Positions 19,340 through 28,575 of a stretch of DNA of 64,000 nt are shown piece after piece; positions within the stretch are counted from its first letter, which is position 1, and the number at the start of each line of letters is the position of its first letter. A program made the translations under genes and the position numbers. The notes below the pieces were generated by a model. That model saw only the letters and a program-made list of their open reading frames with translations, searched no databases and was not told the DNA's origin. The stretch is from the NCBI GenBank assembly GCA_964573805.1, contig CAZNKP010000024.1, forward strand, positions 827-64,826, read 5' to 3'. Source of the stretch: an uncultured Desulfobacterales bacterium. GTDB lineage: Bacteria > Desulfobacterota > Dissulfuribacteria > Dissulfuribacterales > QOAL01.

Positions 19340-20188
19340 ATGGAACTGTGGTTCACTGAAAAACACACAAAGGGCACGGGCATTATTCTCAAGTGCAAAA
19401 GAACCATTTACTCTACCAAAAGCCCGTTTCAGCAAATAGACGTCTTGGAAACAGAAGACTTTGGCAGAATGTTACTCCTTGACGGCCTTGTCATGACTAC
19501 TGAAAGGGATGAGTTCATTTATCACGAAATGCTTGTGCATCCGCCTATGCATTATCATGGAAACGCCAGAAACGTGCTTGTCATAGGAGGCGGTGATGGT
19601 GGAGCTGTAAGGGAGCTTCTTAAATATCCTTCAATTGAACATGTAACCCTTTGTGAAATTGATAAAGAAGTGGTAGAAACTGCCAAAAAATTTTTCCCTT
19701 CTCTTTCCAGTCGGCTTGATGATCAAAGGGTAGAACTGATATTCCAAGACGGAAGCACGCTACTGAAGGAATCAAATCGCTGTTTTGACCTCATTGTAAT
19801 TGACTCAACAGACCCTATAGGAGCAGCCAAGGCCCTATTTACCAAAGAATTTTACAGTACTTGCCAAAGGGCCCTAGCAGATGGTGGACTTTTATGTGCG
19901 CAAAGTGAATCTCCCATCTATCATACGGCCATAATTAAACAGATGAAAACGGACATGGAAAACGCTGGCTTTGGCTTTGTCTGTGCATACACAGCGCCAA
20001 TTCCTACATATCCTGGGGGCTATTGGTCCTGGATGATGGCTGGAGCTGGCCATTTTCAATTGGACAACCTTGTGACCGGCCTTTTACCTGAAAATGAATA
20101 TCACAAACTTAATTACTTTAACTGCGAGATACTAAAGGCGGCATTTAGCCTGCCAAACTTTTTAAAAAAGGCCATATCTTCACCATGA
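19340..20188 (+). CDS. speE: Spermidine synthase (polyamine aminopropyltransferase)
   Basis: MELWFTEKHT start, GRMLLLDGLVMTTERDEFIYHEM, VIGGGDGG, DSTDPIG. Collinear with B. subtilis SpeE as I remember it. The ORF-track start at 19172 overlaps the cytochrome gene and was not used. Confidence 0.88.
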   Translation: MELWFTEKHTKGTGIILKCKRTIYSTKSPFQQIDVLETEDFGRMLLLDGLVMTTERDEFIYHEMLVHPPMHYHGNARNVLVIGGGDGGAVRELLKYPSIEHVTLCEIDKEVVETAKKFFPSLSSRLDDQRVELIFQDGSTLLKESNRCFDLIVIDSTDPIGAAKALFTKEFYSTCQRALADGGLLCAQSESPIYHTAIIKQMKTDMENAGFGFVCAYTAPIPTYPGGYWSWMMAGAGHFQLDNLVTGLLPENEYHKLNYFNCEILKAAFSLPNFLKKAISSP

Positions 20189-21366
20189 CACCAGAAAAAG
20201 ACTATGGGAAACACCTGCTTTTAAAGGCCAGGGACTTTTCTTCCTGGTTGATATCCATCAGGAGAGACATCCACACCCATCCTGAGCCGGCCTTTGAAGA
20301 AGTACAGACATCTAAATATATATGTTCTATATTGGACCAGCTCCATGTGCCTTTCAGAAACAATGTAGCCAAAACAGGAGTAGTTGCAGAGATTGGCAAA
20401 AAGGACAGCCAGCGGGTCGTATGTGTAAGGGCAGATATGGACGCCCTCTCCGTAGATGAAAAGACCGGACTAAAATTTTCATCGAAAAGGCCAGGAATTA
20501 TGCACGCCTGTGGACACGATGGCCATGTTGCCATGCTCCTTGGTTGCGCACGGCTTCTTAAAGAAAAAACGCCACGCAGTGGATTGGTCCGGCTTCTATT
20601 TCAACCTGCAGAGGAAGGGCAAGGAGGGGCCAAGAGAATGGTAGAAGAGGGATGCCTTGACAGATGCATTTGCATATTTGGAGGACACATAGACACCCAT
20701 TTTGAGGTTGGACAAATTGCCCTTCAAGAAGGCATCATGTGTGCCTATGCAGACAGACTCCTTATCGAAGTCAACGGGAAGGGAGGACATGCTGCCCGTC
20801 CACATGAGGCAGCAGACAGCATAGTAGCAGCAAGCAACCTAGTAGTGATGTTACAGGCAGCCTTGAATAAGCGGATTAACCCGCAATATCCAGCGCTGAT
20901 ATCCATTGGCACAGTCCGAGGAGGAAGCGCACCAAATGCCATTGCTGACAAGACAGTCCTCAGAGGCACCATAAGGACTACGGCAGATGAAGTAAGAAGA
21001 CAGGCCTTCGAAATTATAAAAGACTGTGCCAAGGCAGTGGATCTAGCCTTTGGTGTAACTACAACGGTCCTTTTCCCGGAGCATTACCCACCAGTAATAA
21101 ACAGCAAAGAGCCTACCAAAATTGCGACCACTGCTGCAAGAGAGGTGGTTGGTGAGGCTGGCGTGCTTTCTTATCCTATTCCAAGCCTTGGTGGTGAGGA
21201 TTTTTCCTTTTATCTTGAAAAGGTACCAGGATGTTTTGTAAGATTTGGAGCAAAAAAGAAGGGCGTAGAGGCTCCAGCTCATAGCTCATATTTTGATTTT
21301 AACGAAGACGTCCTGCCAATAGGCGCGGCGTTTTTTGCAAACTGTGCGCTAAAGGCCCTTAGCTAG
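20185..21366 (+). CDS. M20D-family amidohydrolase (N-acyl-amino-acid / hippurate hydrolase-like)
   Basis: RRDIHTHPE, MHACGHDGH and FQPAEEG metal-ligand blocks. ATGA overlap with speE. Confidence 0.8.
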   Translation: MTPEKDYGKHLLLKARDFSSWLISIRRDIHTHPEPAFEEVQTSKYICSILDQLHVPFRNNVAKTGVVAEIGKKDSQRVVCVRADMDALSVDEKTGLKFSSKRPGIMHACGHDGHVAMLLGCARLLKEKTPRSGLVRLLFQPAEEGQGGAKRMVEEGCLDRCICIFGGHIDTHFEVGQIALQEGIMCAYADRLLIEVNGKGGHAARPHEAADSIVAASNLVVMLQAALNKRINPQYPALISIGTVRGGSAPNAIADKTVLRGTIRTTADEVRRQAFEIIKDCAKAVDLAFGVTTTVLFPEHYPPVINSKEPTKIATTAAREVVGEAGVLSYPIPSLGGEDFSFYLEKVPGCFVRFGAKKKGVEAPAHSSYFDFNEDVLPIGAAFFANCALKALS

Positions 21367-21408
21367 TAAAAACACCGGCATGACGCCTTTATTGGAGATG
21401 GTAATTTC

Positions 21409-22521
21409 TTGACAGAGGCCATTTCTTTTAAAAAGAGCAAGGACTTTACAGTTGGAATAGAAGTCGAGTTTCAACTTCTTGACAGACAGACCTTTGGCCT
21501 ATGTCCAAAGGCAGTTGAGATAATATCCAGCCTACCCAACCACCTGCAAACCAGGATCAAGCCAGAGTTTATTCAATCCATGGTTGAAGTAAATACAAGG
21601 GTGTGTGACAGTGTGCTGGAGGCTGAAGATGACCTAAAAGACACGATCAGATATCTGGAAAGGACAACATCTCTGTATAATTGTTCCATATTTGCCTCTA
21701 GCCTCCATCCGTTTTCAAGTTACCAGGACCAAAAATTATACCCTGATCCGCGATATAAAAAGATATTAAAAGAGCTGCAGGTCATAGGTAAAAGGCTTAT
21801 AACCCAAGGTCTTCATTGCCACATAGGGCTGAACTCAGGTCAAACTGCCATAAAAGTCTTTGACAACCTCAGATCCTTTTTGCCTATGCTCCTTGCCCTC
21901 AGCGCCTCAAGCCCCTTTCTGGAAGGAAAAGATACAGGATTTGCCTCATTCAGATCAAAACTTTTCGATGCTTTGCCTCGTTCTGGCATGCCTGACGCCT
22001 TGGAATCCTGGGATAATTATTGCCAGTTGGTCAATCTGCTCAAAAACTGCGGCATCATAAACCAACCCAGAGACATTTGGTGGGATGTGAGGCCAAGCCC
22101 AGAGCTTGGAACTATAGAAATAAGAATATGCGATATTCCAGCAAGATTCCAACAGATCATGGCACTTTGCGCACTCATTCAGGCCCTTGTTGTCGCAATC
22201 TCAACAGATAGCATCTCGTTATTCCCTATGCACATTGCAGTAATCCTCAGCAACAAGTGGCAGGCAGCACGTCATGGTTTAGATGGCGTGTTTGTGGATC
22301 AACAACGGTTTGAAAAGAGGATGATGAAGTCCATGCTGATAAAGACGATCAATGCCCTTGAGCCTATTTTTGATGAGCTTGATTCAACAAAATACATACC
22401 AGTCCTAAAAAAAATGATACACAACGGCCCCACCAGCGAACTGTTTCGAAGGCGGTTGCAAAGGCTTGGAAAGCTTGAAAATGTTATAAACAGGTTTCAA
22501 AGAGAATTCTGGAAGGAATAG
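21409..22521 (+). CDS. Carboxylate-amine ligase, YbdK/GCS2 family
   Basis: FTVGIEVEFQLLD N-terminal block and HCHIGL, typical of glutamate-cysteine ligase family 2. TTG start with a GGAG upstream. Confidence 0.75.
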   Translation: MTEAISFKKSKDFTVGIEVEFQLLDRQTFGLCPKAVEIISSLPNHLQTRIKPEFIQSMVEVNTRVCDSVLEAEDDLKDTIRYLERTTSLYNCSIFASSLHPFSSYQDQKLYPDPRYKKILKELQVIGKRLITQGLHCHIGLNSGQTAIKVFDNLRSFLPMLLALSASSPFLEGKDTGFASFRSKLFDALPRSGMPDALESWDNYCQLVNLLKNCGIINQPRDIWWDVRPSPELGTIEIRICDIPARFQQIMALCALIQALVVAISTDSISLFPMHIAVILSNKWQAARHGLDGVFVDQQRFEKRMMKSMLIKTINALEPIFDELDSTKYIPVLKKMIHNGPTSELFRRRLQRLGKLENVINRFQREFWKE

Positions 22522-22539
22522 ATGGTTGCATAACACCAA

Positions 22540-23409
22540 TCAGGAGTTGAAAATAACACAGAATTCTTCTGCCTCATTCATGGCCTTTTCAAGAATCTTT
22601 TGGGAAAAAGAAGAAGTTACACCAAGACTCTCCTCCAGGACCTGTTGCATGCAAAGGACCTCGTCAGCTTCCTCTTCCCCTTCCCTGTATCTTATCTGAG
22701 ATACTGCCGTCACAGCCTCTGGGACATAGCTGCCGGCACTACCATTATGGTGATACAAAATGGCATCCAATAGATAATCAGGAAATTGCCACTTTTCTGC
22801 CATAAGCGCACCCACTGTTTGATGATCTAAGCCAAAAGTCTGTTTTTCAAGCTCTTCTAGCCTTGCCTGTCTATCTTCGTTCCACATCTCCAGGGTCATG
22901 CAATATTCCTGCTCCTTTACATGTATCAAGACAGGAATGGCCATATCCTGAAGAAGCCCTGCTGTAAAACACTCTGCTTGAGTGGTCGGATGCAAGGCCC
23001 CGGCAATAGCCTTGGCAAGGCAGGCCCTTTTGGCACTGATCCTCCAGAAATCCTGCTGTTTAAGACACAATTTCTCAGTCTTTGGTATTGCGTTTCTTAC
23101 AGCTATTGGGAGAATTATTCCTTCTAATCTGTTTTTCCCAAGCAGACTTATGGCATGTTGGATATTGCCAATCTTGCGCGGCAGCCCAAAGGCAGCAGAG
23201 TTGACAGTTTTTAACACCTTTACATGCATACCAGGATCCGCTTCAATGAGTTTAGATATATCTGAAAGTGGCGTATCAGGATCCCGTAACATCTCCAGGA
23301 CCTTCATTACAGAGGCAGGAAAAGATGGCAGTTCATAGTCTTCCAAAAGCTGCTTCAGATGCTCCCCTGGAGCCTTCCTTTTCTTTTTAAAAAAATCAAA
23401 AAAACCCAC
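22540..23409 (-). CDS. HDOD-domain signalling protein
   Basis: LPSFPASVMKVLEMLRDPDTPLSDISKLIEADPGMHVKVLKTVNSAAFG is a typical HDOD N-terminal block. The start lies 2 nt after the upstream stop. Confidence 0.8.
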   Translation of the reverse strand: MGFFDFFKKKRKAPGEHLKQLLEDYELPSFPASVMKVLEMLRDPDTPLSDISKLIEADPGMHVKVLKTVNSAAFGLPRKIGNIQHAISLLGKNRLEGIILPIAVRNAIPKTEKLCLKQQDFWRISAKRACLAKAIAGALHPTTQAECFTAGLLQDMAIPVLIHVKEQEYCMTLEMWNEDRQARLEELEKQTFGLDHQTVGALMAEKWQFPDYLLDAILYHHNGSAGSYVPEAVTAVSQIRYREGEEEADEVLCMQQVLEESLGVTSSFSQKILEKAMNEAEEFCVIFNS

Positions 23410-23411
23410 TA

Positions 23412-24410
23412 TTATTCTCCTCGTCTGGCCATTTTGTTGCTAAAAATTGATAAAAGCCCACCGAGCATCATGTAGCCAATAACCACCTCACACATAACAA
23501 TAATTTGGCCAGCCACATTCTTGGGCACAACATCCCCAAAACCGAGGGTGGTTAATGTCACCACACTCAAGTAAAGGTCTGATATAGGCGTGGGATGAGA
23601 ACCATAGTCTACCCCTGCCACAGAATATAGCCATGCAAAAAACAGTATCTGTACCACAATCCAGAAACACCATCTGGACATGCTCCTGCCGCAATCGCTA
23701 CTGATAAGCCACAGGTAATAAAGCAACCTTGCAACCTTTCCAGATTCTTTGAACTCTTTAATATAGTTCTGGTCGATTACAAAACGGTGAAGCAAATATG
23801 CTCCTGCAAAGTTTATGTTTCTCATATCTGCGCCTATCCAGTTCGCACTCCTATATCCCTTCACTTGCCTAAGCCTTGTATTTCTCATATCTGCATTGGT
23901 GAAAAGGGCCCCTGACACATTACACATGGAAAGATCCGCACCTTTAAGGTTTGCCTCTGTAAAATCGGCCTCTTTTAGATCTGCCTCCCTTATACGGGCA
24001 CACCTAAGATCTGCGCACCTAAGATCTGCACCTGACAGATCTGCCTTGACAAAACCTGCCTGGCGCAGATCACTGCCAAAAAAGGTGGCACTTTTCAAAC
24101 TGGCCATACCAAAACTCGCATGGGGCCCATATACCCGCTCCATATGTGCCCTGTCTAATTTTGCTCCTGTAAAGTCAGCCCCCTTCAAATTGGCCTTTAT
24201 AAACATGGCATCTCTCAAATCTGCATTAAGGAATATCGCCCCTTGGAGATCGGCCCTAGAAAAATTGCATCCTGCCAAATTTCTGCCTTGAAAGTTAGCC
24301 TTTTTCAGGTCTCTTCCGGAAAAATCTTTGGCCTTTCTGTCCAAAGATCTGGAAGGGGATGGAGCTTTATCATGGCTCCATTTGTCAAGCACGGTAAAAT
24401 GTGGACCCAT
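23412..24410 (-). CDS. Pentapeptide-repeat domain fused to a 2-TM potassium-channel pore
   Basis: About 35 tandem A(D/N)LxX pentapeptides (ANFQG RNLAG CNFSR ADLQG ...), then TM1, a pore helix plus selectivity filter TLTTLGFGDV, and TM2 (AGQIIVMCEVVIGYMMLGG). Confidence 0.85.
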   Translation of the reverse strand: MGPHFTVLDKWSHDKAPSPSRSLDRKAKDFSGRDLKKANFQGRNLAGCNFSRADLQGAIFLNADLRDAMFIKANLKGADFTGAKLDRAHMERVYGPHASFGMASLKSATFFGSDLRQAGFVKADLSGADLRCADLRCARIREADLKEADFTEANLKGADLSMCNVSGALFTNADMRNTRLRQVKGYRSANWIGADMRNINFAGAYLLHRFVIDQNYIKEFKESGKVARLLYYLWLISSDCGRSMSRWCFWIVVQILFFAWLYSVAGVDYGSHPTPISDLYLSVVTLTTLGFGDVVPKNVAGQIIVMCEVVIGYMMLGGLLSIFSNKMARRGE

Positions 24411-24637
24411 TTTATTTTTTACTAAAACTTATTCCTTTTTTTCTTTTATCGTCTTATCTTGATTTTTTTTGAAGAACTTTAAAACTTATGCGATTGTCTA
24501 ATAACGTTTAAGTTGTCAGCTTCTTATCGAAACCAACAAGACATACTCGATTGTAATTTTTAATCTGTTTGATAAAAAAGCCTCTGGCATTGTACAGGTG
24601 ACGCATGTAAAAGGGGTTCTACCAGGAGAGAAAAAAC

Positions 24638-26404
24638 ATGAGCGAAACCTCAAAAACAAAAAAACTCTCAGAGCTGCAGGCAACTGCCATTTGCGGAAAC
24701 GATATAACATCTTCGGTACTGTATGTTTCTGCACTGTCCATTGCGGCATCTGGCAAATATGCCTTTATAGCTCTTCTTATCGTGGCTGGAGTCTTGTACC
24801 TGTTTAGAAAAATCTACGGTGAGGTTGTCGGTGCCCTGCCACTCAACGGTGGTGCATATAACGCACTCCTCAACACAACCAGCAAATCAATGGCCTCCCT
24901 TGCTGCAAGCCTGACCCTCTTATCATACATCGCCACATCGGTAATATCCGCTTCTGAGGCAATGGCCTATCTCCATTCGATTATCCCGGCCCTTCAGATT
25001 ATACCTGCAACCATAGCACTGCTTGCAATCTTCATGGGGCTTACCATCCTTGGCATTGGAGAGTCCGCCGCAGTAGCCGTGGCCATATTCATATTTCATC
25101 TTGTATCCTTGACCTTGCTTGCAGGCACAGTGATCCTGTACCTGATCCACGAAGGAATCGGTACTCTTCTAATGAACTGGCACATGCCAACTCCCCATGG
25201 AAGCCTAATAAAAGACTTGTACTGGGGATTTTCTGCTGCCATGTTGGGGATCTCTGGTTTTGAAAGTTCTGCAAACTTTGTTGAGGAACAACAAAGGGGA
25301 GTCTTTCCCAAGACCCTGCGCAACATGTGGATTGCTGTAAGTATCTTCAATCCACTTATGGCCTTTCTTGCCTTGGCCATAGTTCCTATTCCAGATGTGC
25401 ATCAATATATGGCACACCTATTATCCCATATGGGAGAGACTGCAGGAGGCGAATGGCTGGCCATGCTGATCTCAATAGATGCTGCACTTGTACTTAGCGG
25501 TGCTGTGCTTACCTCTTATGTTGGCGTTACAGGTCTGGTAGAACGAATCACACTCGATAGGATTTTCCCTGCATTTTTTTTAAAAAAGAACCGCAGAGGA
25601 AGCTCTTACAGGATAATTATTGCCTTTTTCATATTGTGTGTCTCGATACTGTTTATCACCAATGGACAAGTGGAAGTACTGGCAGGCGTCTATACTATCT
25701 CCTTTTTATCAGTCATGGCCCTGTTTGCAGTTGGGAACATACTCCTAAAAGTCAGAAGAAAATCCCTTCCAAGGCCGGAAAGGGCCAGTTGGCCAGCAGT
25801 TTTCATTGCTCTTACGGCAGTATTGGCTGCCCTTGTTGGTAATATTATCAAAGAGCCGGAACCAGGACAGCCCGCGAATATAGTTGTTTTTGCAGAATAT
25901 TTTATTCCAACCATTATGCTTGTGGCAATAATGCTTAACAGAATAGCCCTTCTCGAAATATTACTCAACTTCATCGAATTCCTCTTCGTGCCTATTTTAA
26001 GGTTTGTTACCAAGGTGAACCAAAAAATTTATGAAACAATAGATAGAATACAGTCACAAGAGTTCGTCTTTTTTACCCGGGGTGATAATATTGCCAACCT
26101 TAACCGCGTACTGCTTTACATAAGACAGAACGAGCACACAAAAAAGATAAAAATTGTTACTGTTATGGAAGAAGAGGACAAAGAGCTTTTGGAAAAGCTA
26201 GAGCAGGATATTGAGTTCCTGAAACGGGAGTATCCAGATATTGAAATAGAATTTGTGAAGATCAAAGGGAAGTTTACCCCCGAACTGATCAAGAAGCTTT
26301 CAAAAAAATGGGGGATACCTATAAACTTCATGTTTATTGGCTCTCCTGGAGATCACTTTCCATACCGAATAGAAGAGCTTGGAGGGGTAAGATTAATTAT
26401 TTAA
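24638..26404 (+). CDS. APC-superfamily permease with a C-terminal cytoplasmic domain
   Basis: 588 aa. About 12 hydrophobic segments with an APC-like N-terminus (ICGNDITSSVLYVS), then a roughly 140-aa hydrophilic tail. Confidence 0.7.
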   Translation: MSETSKTKKLSELQATAICGNDITSSVLYVSALSIAASGKYAFIALLIVAGVLYLFRKIYGEVVGALPLNGGAYNALLNTTSKSMASLAASLTLLSYIATSVISASEAMAYLHSIIPALQIIPATIALLAIFMGLTILGIGESAAVAVAIFIFHLVSLTLLAGTVILYLIHEGIGTLLMNWHMPTPHGSLIKDLYWGFSAAMLGISGFESSANFVEEQQRGVFPKTLRNMWIAVSIFNPLMAFLALAIVPIPDVHQYMAHLLSHMGETAGGEWLAMLISIDAALVLSGAVLTSYVGVTGLVERITLDRIFPAFFLKKNRRGSSYRIIIAFFILCVSILFITNGQVEVLAGVYTISFLSVMALFAVGNILLKVRRKSLPRPERASWPAVFIALTAVLAALVGNIIKEPEPGQPANIVVFAEYFIPTIMLVAIMLNRIALLEILLNFIEFLFVPILRFVTKVNQKIYETIDRIQSQEFVFFTRGDNIANLNRVLLYIRQNEHTKKIKIVTVMEEEDKELLEKLEQDIEFLKREYPDIEIEFVKIKGKFTPELIKKLSKKWGIPINFMFIGSPGDHFPYRIEELGGVRLII

Positions 26405-26803
26405 ATGCGGGTTATAGCTACCTTTGCCAAAGGGGAAATCGGCAATTTTTGATCACATTCTACAGCTTAACTTGCCGGAATAACATAAAATTACTGATGA
26501 AATCCATGCAGATGAAAGGGGGGGTAGAGCATGTATTTGGAGTCCAGCTTCAATGGGCTTGAAATCTTGTTGTAAGAACAGTTGGCAAGTTAATGGCCTA
26601 CCTAAAGATAGGTCTTTGGAACCTGGCATATAATCTTTCTTGATCGTTACAGTCTAGTTGGGGTTTGAGGCTAAAAATAAGACAAAATATCTTGGAATAT
26701 ATGTTCTTTTAAGGCTGCAATCACCTTTCTTTTTCTATTGATCTGATATAGAAAAAACAACGAATTTTGGTGATCGTTTTCTTTACATCAGATACAGAAA
26801 AAA

Positions 26804-27331
26804 ATGAAAAACACCTTCATCATTTGCTTTTTCTGTCTACTGCTTATTCCTAGTGCTTTTTCAGCCTGTCAACTACTGCCCATGCCAGACAGGGCTCCAG
26901 TTGCCCCACCTGCGTCCCTTCCCATTCCAATCGTTTACGACCGCCGGGATACTCCCGAACACCTCATCGCTTCCTATATCAATGCCATCAACCGGAAGGA
27001 ATTCCAGCGAGCCTATGCCTATTGGGAAAATAAAATGCAATCTTACCATGATTTCGTCGCAAGCATGATGGACATTTCCCACATCACCCTCATGGTTCGT
27101 CTGCCTTCATATATTGAAGGTGCCGCAGGCAGCCAGTATGCGGAACTCTTTACATTGCTTCTGATAACCAACTGCAATGGGACCCAGCACGTTGAAAAAA
27201 CATGCTTCATAACCCGGCGTCCCAATCCCGACATGACCGACACTCCAACGCAATGGCAGATTTACAGTGCCACCACCAATTCTGAACCAGAAACGGACAT
27301 ATGGAAACTGGCTACTAGTTGCAGTAACTGA
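26804..27331 (+). CDS. Hypothetical lipoprotein
   Basis: Signal peptide with a lipobox-like SAFSAC. No recognisable domain. Flanked by long non-coding stretches. Confidence 0.55.
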   Translation: MKNTFIICFFCLLLIPSAFSACQLLPMPDRAPVAPPASLPIPIVYDRRDTPEHLIASYINAINRKEFQRAYAYWENKMQSYHDFVASMMDISHITLMVRLPSYIEGAAGSQYAELFTLLLITNCNGTQHVEKTCFITRRPNPDMTDTPTQWQIYSATTNSEPETDIWKLATSCSN

Positions 27332-27474
27332 TCAAAACAACCTCAATTTTTCCCAACCATGAAGTGATACCCGTTTCTTATACAGCCATTGGTTCGTTTT
27401 GTTTTTCCGTTTGCTTCGAGACTTCTGATGAGGTCTAGGTATATTGGCATTTTATAGGATGCTCGCAGGACTTG

Positions 27475-27978
27475 CTAAAGCTCGTAAAGGGTATCGTCTA
27501 CTGTAGGTGGCAGATATTTTCTCTTGAGCCCTTTTATGGCCTTTTTTGTCCCTATATTTTTGAAGATATCGTCATCGTCTAAAAGATCACCCATCTCTTC
27601 CTCGATTTTCTCAGGGTCTTCCCCCGCCTCCATACGGCTTATTGCCTCTTCTATAGTCCCTCCTATCTCCAATCCGGCAGAATCAAAAAGTTTTCTCATA
27701 AATTTGGCAGCTTGTCTCGGATCGTTTTCATCAATATTTTCCGCTTCAGAGGCAAGAGACATCATTGCCTGTTCAAGCTTGGATTCATCTATATTTCCAA
27801 ATGGATTGTCATCTTCAGGGCTGTTGCGTTTTTTTGATATGGCGAATATGGACATCCTCTTTTCGAGTTCAGGCCGTCCACATTTGGGACATGATGGCCT
27901 TTTATCTACATTTATACGCCGGGAAAAAAAGTTAAATATCATATGACAGTCTGAACAATAAAACTCATATATTGGCAT
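27475..27978 (-). CDS. FmdB-family zinc-ribbon protein with an acidic tail
   Basis: MPIYEFYCSDCHMIF...CPKCG zinc-ribbon signature. ATG at 27978 was preferred over the ORF-track start. Confidence 0.7.
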   Translation of the reverse strand: MPIYEFYCSDCHMIFNFFSRRINVDKRPSCPKCGRPELEKRMSIFAISKKRNSPEDDNPFGNIDESKLEQAMMSLASEAENIDENDPRQAAKFMRKLFDSAGLEIGGTIEEAISRMEAGEDPEKIEEEMGDLLDDDDIFKNIGTKKAIKGLKRKYLPPTVDDTLYEL

Positions 27979-28285
27979 GAAGCTGATCCTCCTTAACAAC
28001 TACACCACCATTATCTTCTTTGTCTAAAAAATTGATTAATCATTTAAGGCTCCCTTCTCAAGGTCTTTCCATAATTCTTTAAAGGTTAATGCCACAAATT
28101 ATGAAATTTTTCATTTGCAAAAAATAACACTTTATTATTCGTAAAAGCTAATATAAAATAGTTGAGCCATCCAAAGATGACTTGATTCACACCTAGGGAG
28201 GCGGGAATTCAGTTTCCATTCCTGAAACGGATCTTTTCTTCTTTGGAAAAATCGTTACAAGTTTTTGAAAGGAGCACTACTTTAA

Positions 28286-28486
28286 ATGGCAGAAGGAAAG
28301 GTTAAATGGTTCAATGACAAGAAAGGGTATGGTTTTATCGAAATCGAAGGCGAGTCCGATGTCTTTGTGCACTATTCAGGCATAAAGGCAGATGGCTTCA
28401 AATCTCTAAAGGAGGGAGAATCTGTCACATTCGATATCGAGGAGACCAGCAGGGGTCCTCAGGCAGTAAACGTAGAAAAGGCCTAA
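28286..28486 (+). CDS. Cold-shock protein (CspA family)
   Basis: [15 protein letters not shown] (RNP1) and VFVHYS (RNP2). GAAAGGAG RBS. Long upstream untranslated region, typical of csp genes. Confidence 0.92.
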   Translation: MAEGKVKWFNDKKGYGFIEIEGESDVFVHYSGIKADGFKSLKEGESVTFDIEETSRGPQAVNVEKA

Positions 28487-28499
28487 AACAACCAAAAAT

Positions 28500-28521
28500 G
28501 GTGCCCTGTTAACAGGGCACC
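28500..28521 (+). terminator. Hairpin terminator between convergent csp and paaK-like genes
   Basis: GGTGCCCTG-TTAA-CAGGGCACC perfect stem. An A-run lies upstream and a weak T-tract downstream, so it may act in both directions. Confidence 0.6.
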
Positions 28522-28575
28522 TTCAAATATCTCTGTCCATTCACTAATCATTTCCAGAATTCGTCAGCACAATAA

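Noticed and set aside
23815-24291. 158-aa plus-strand ORF antisense to the pentapeptide-repeat/K+-channel gene.
   Set aside because: Its periodic SA(P/L)xxS-type sequence mirrors the pentapeptide repeats on the other strand. It has no RBS or independent features, so I treat it as a repeat-driven artefact.
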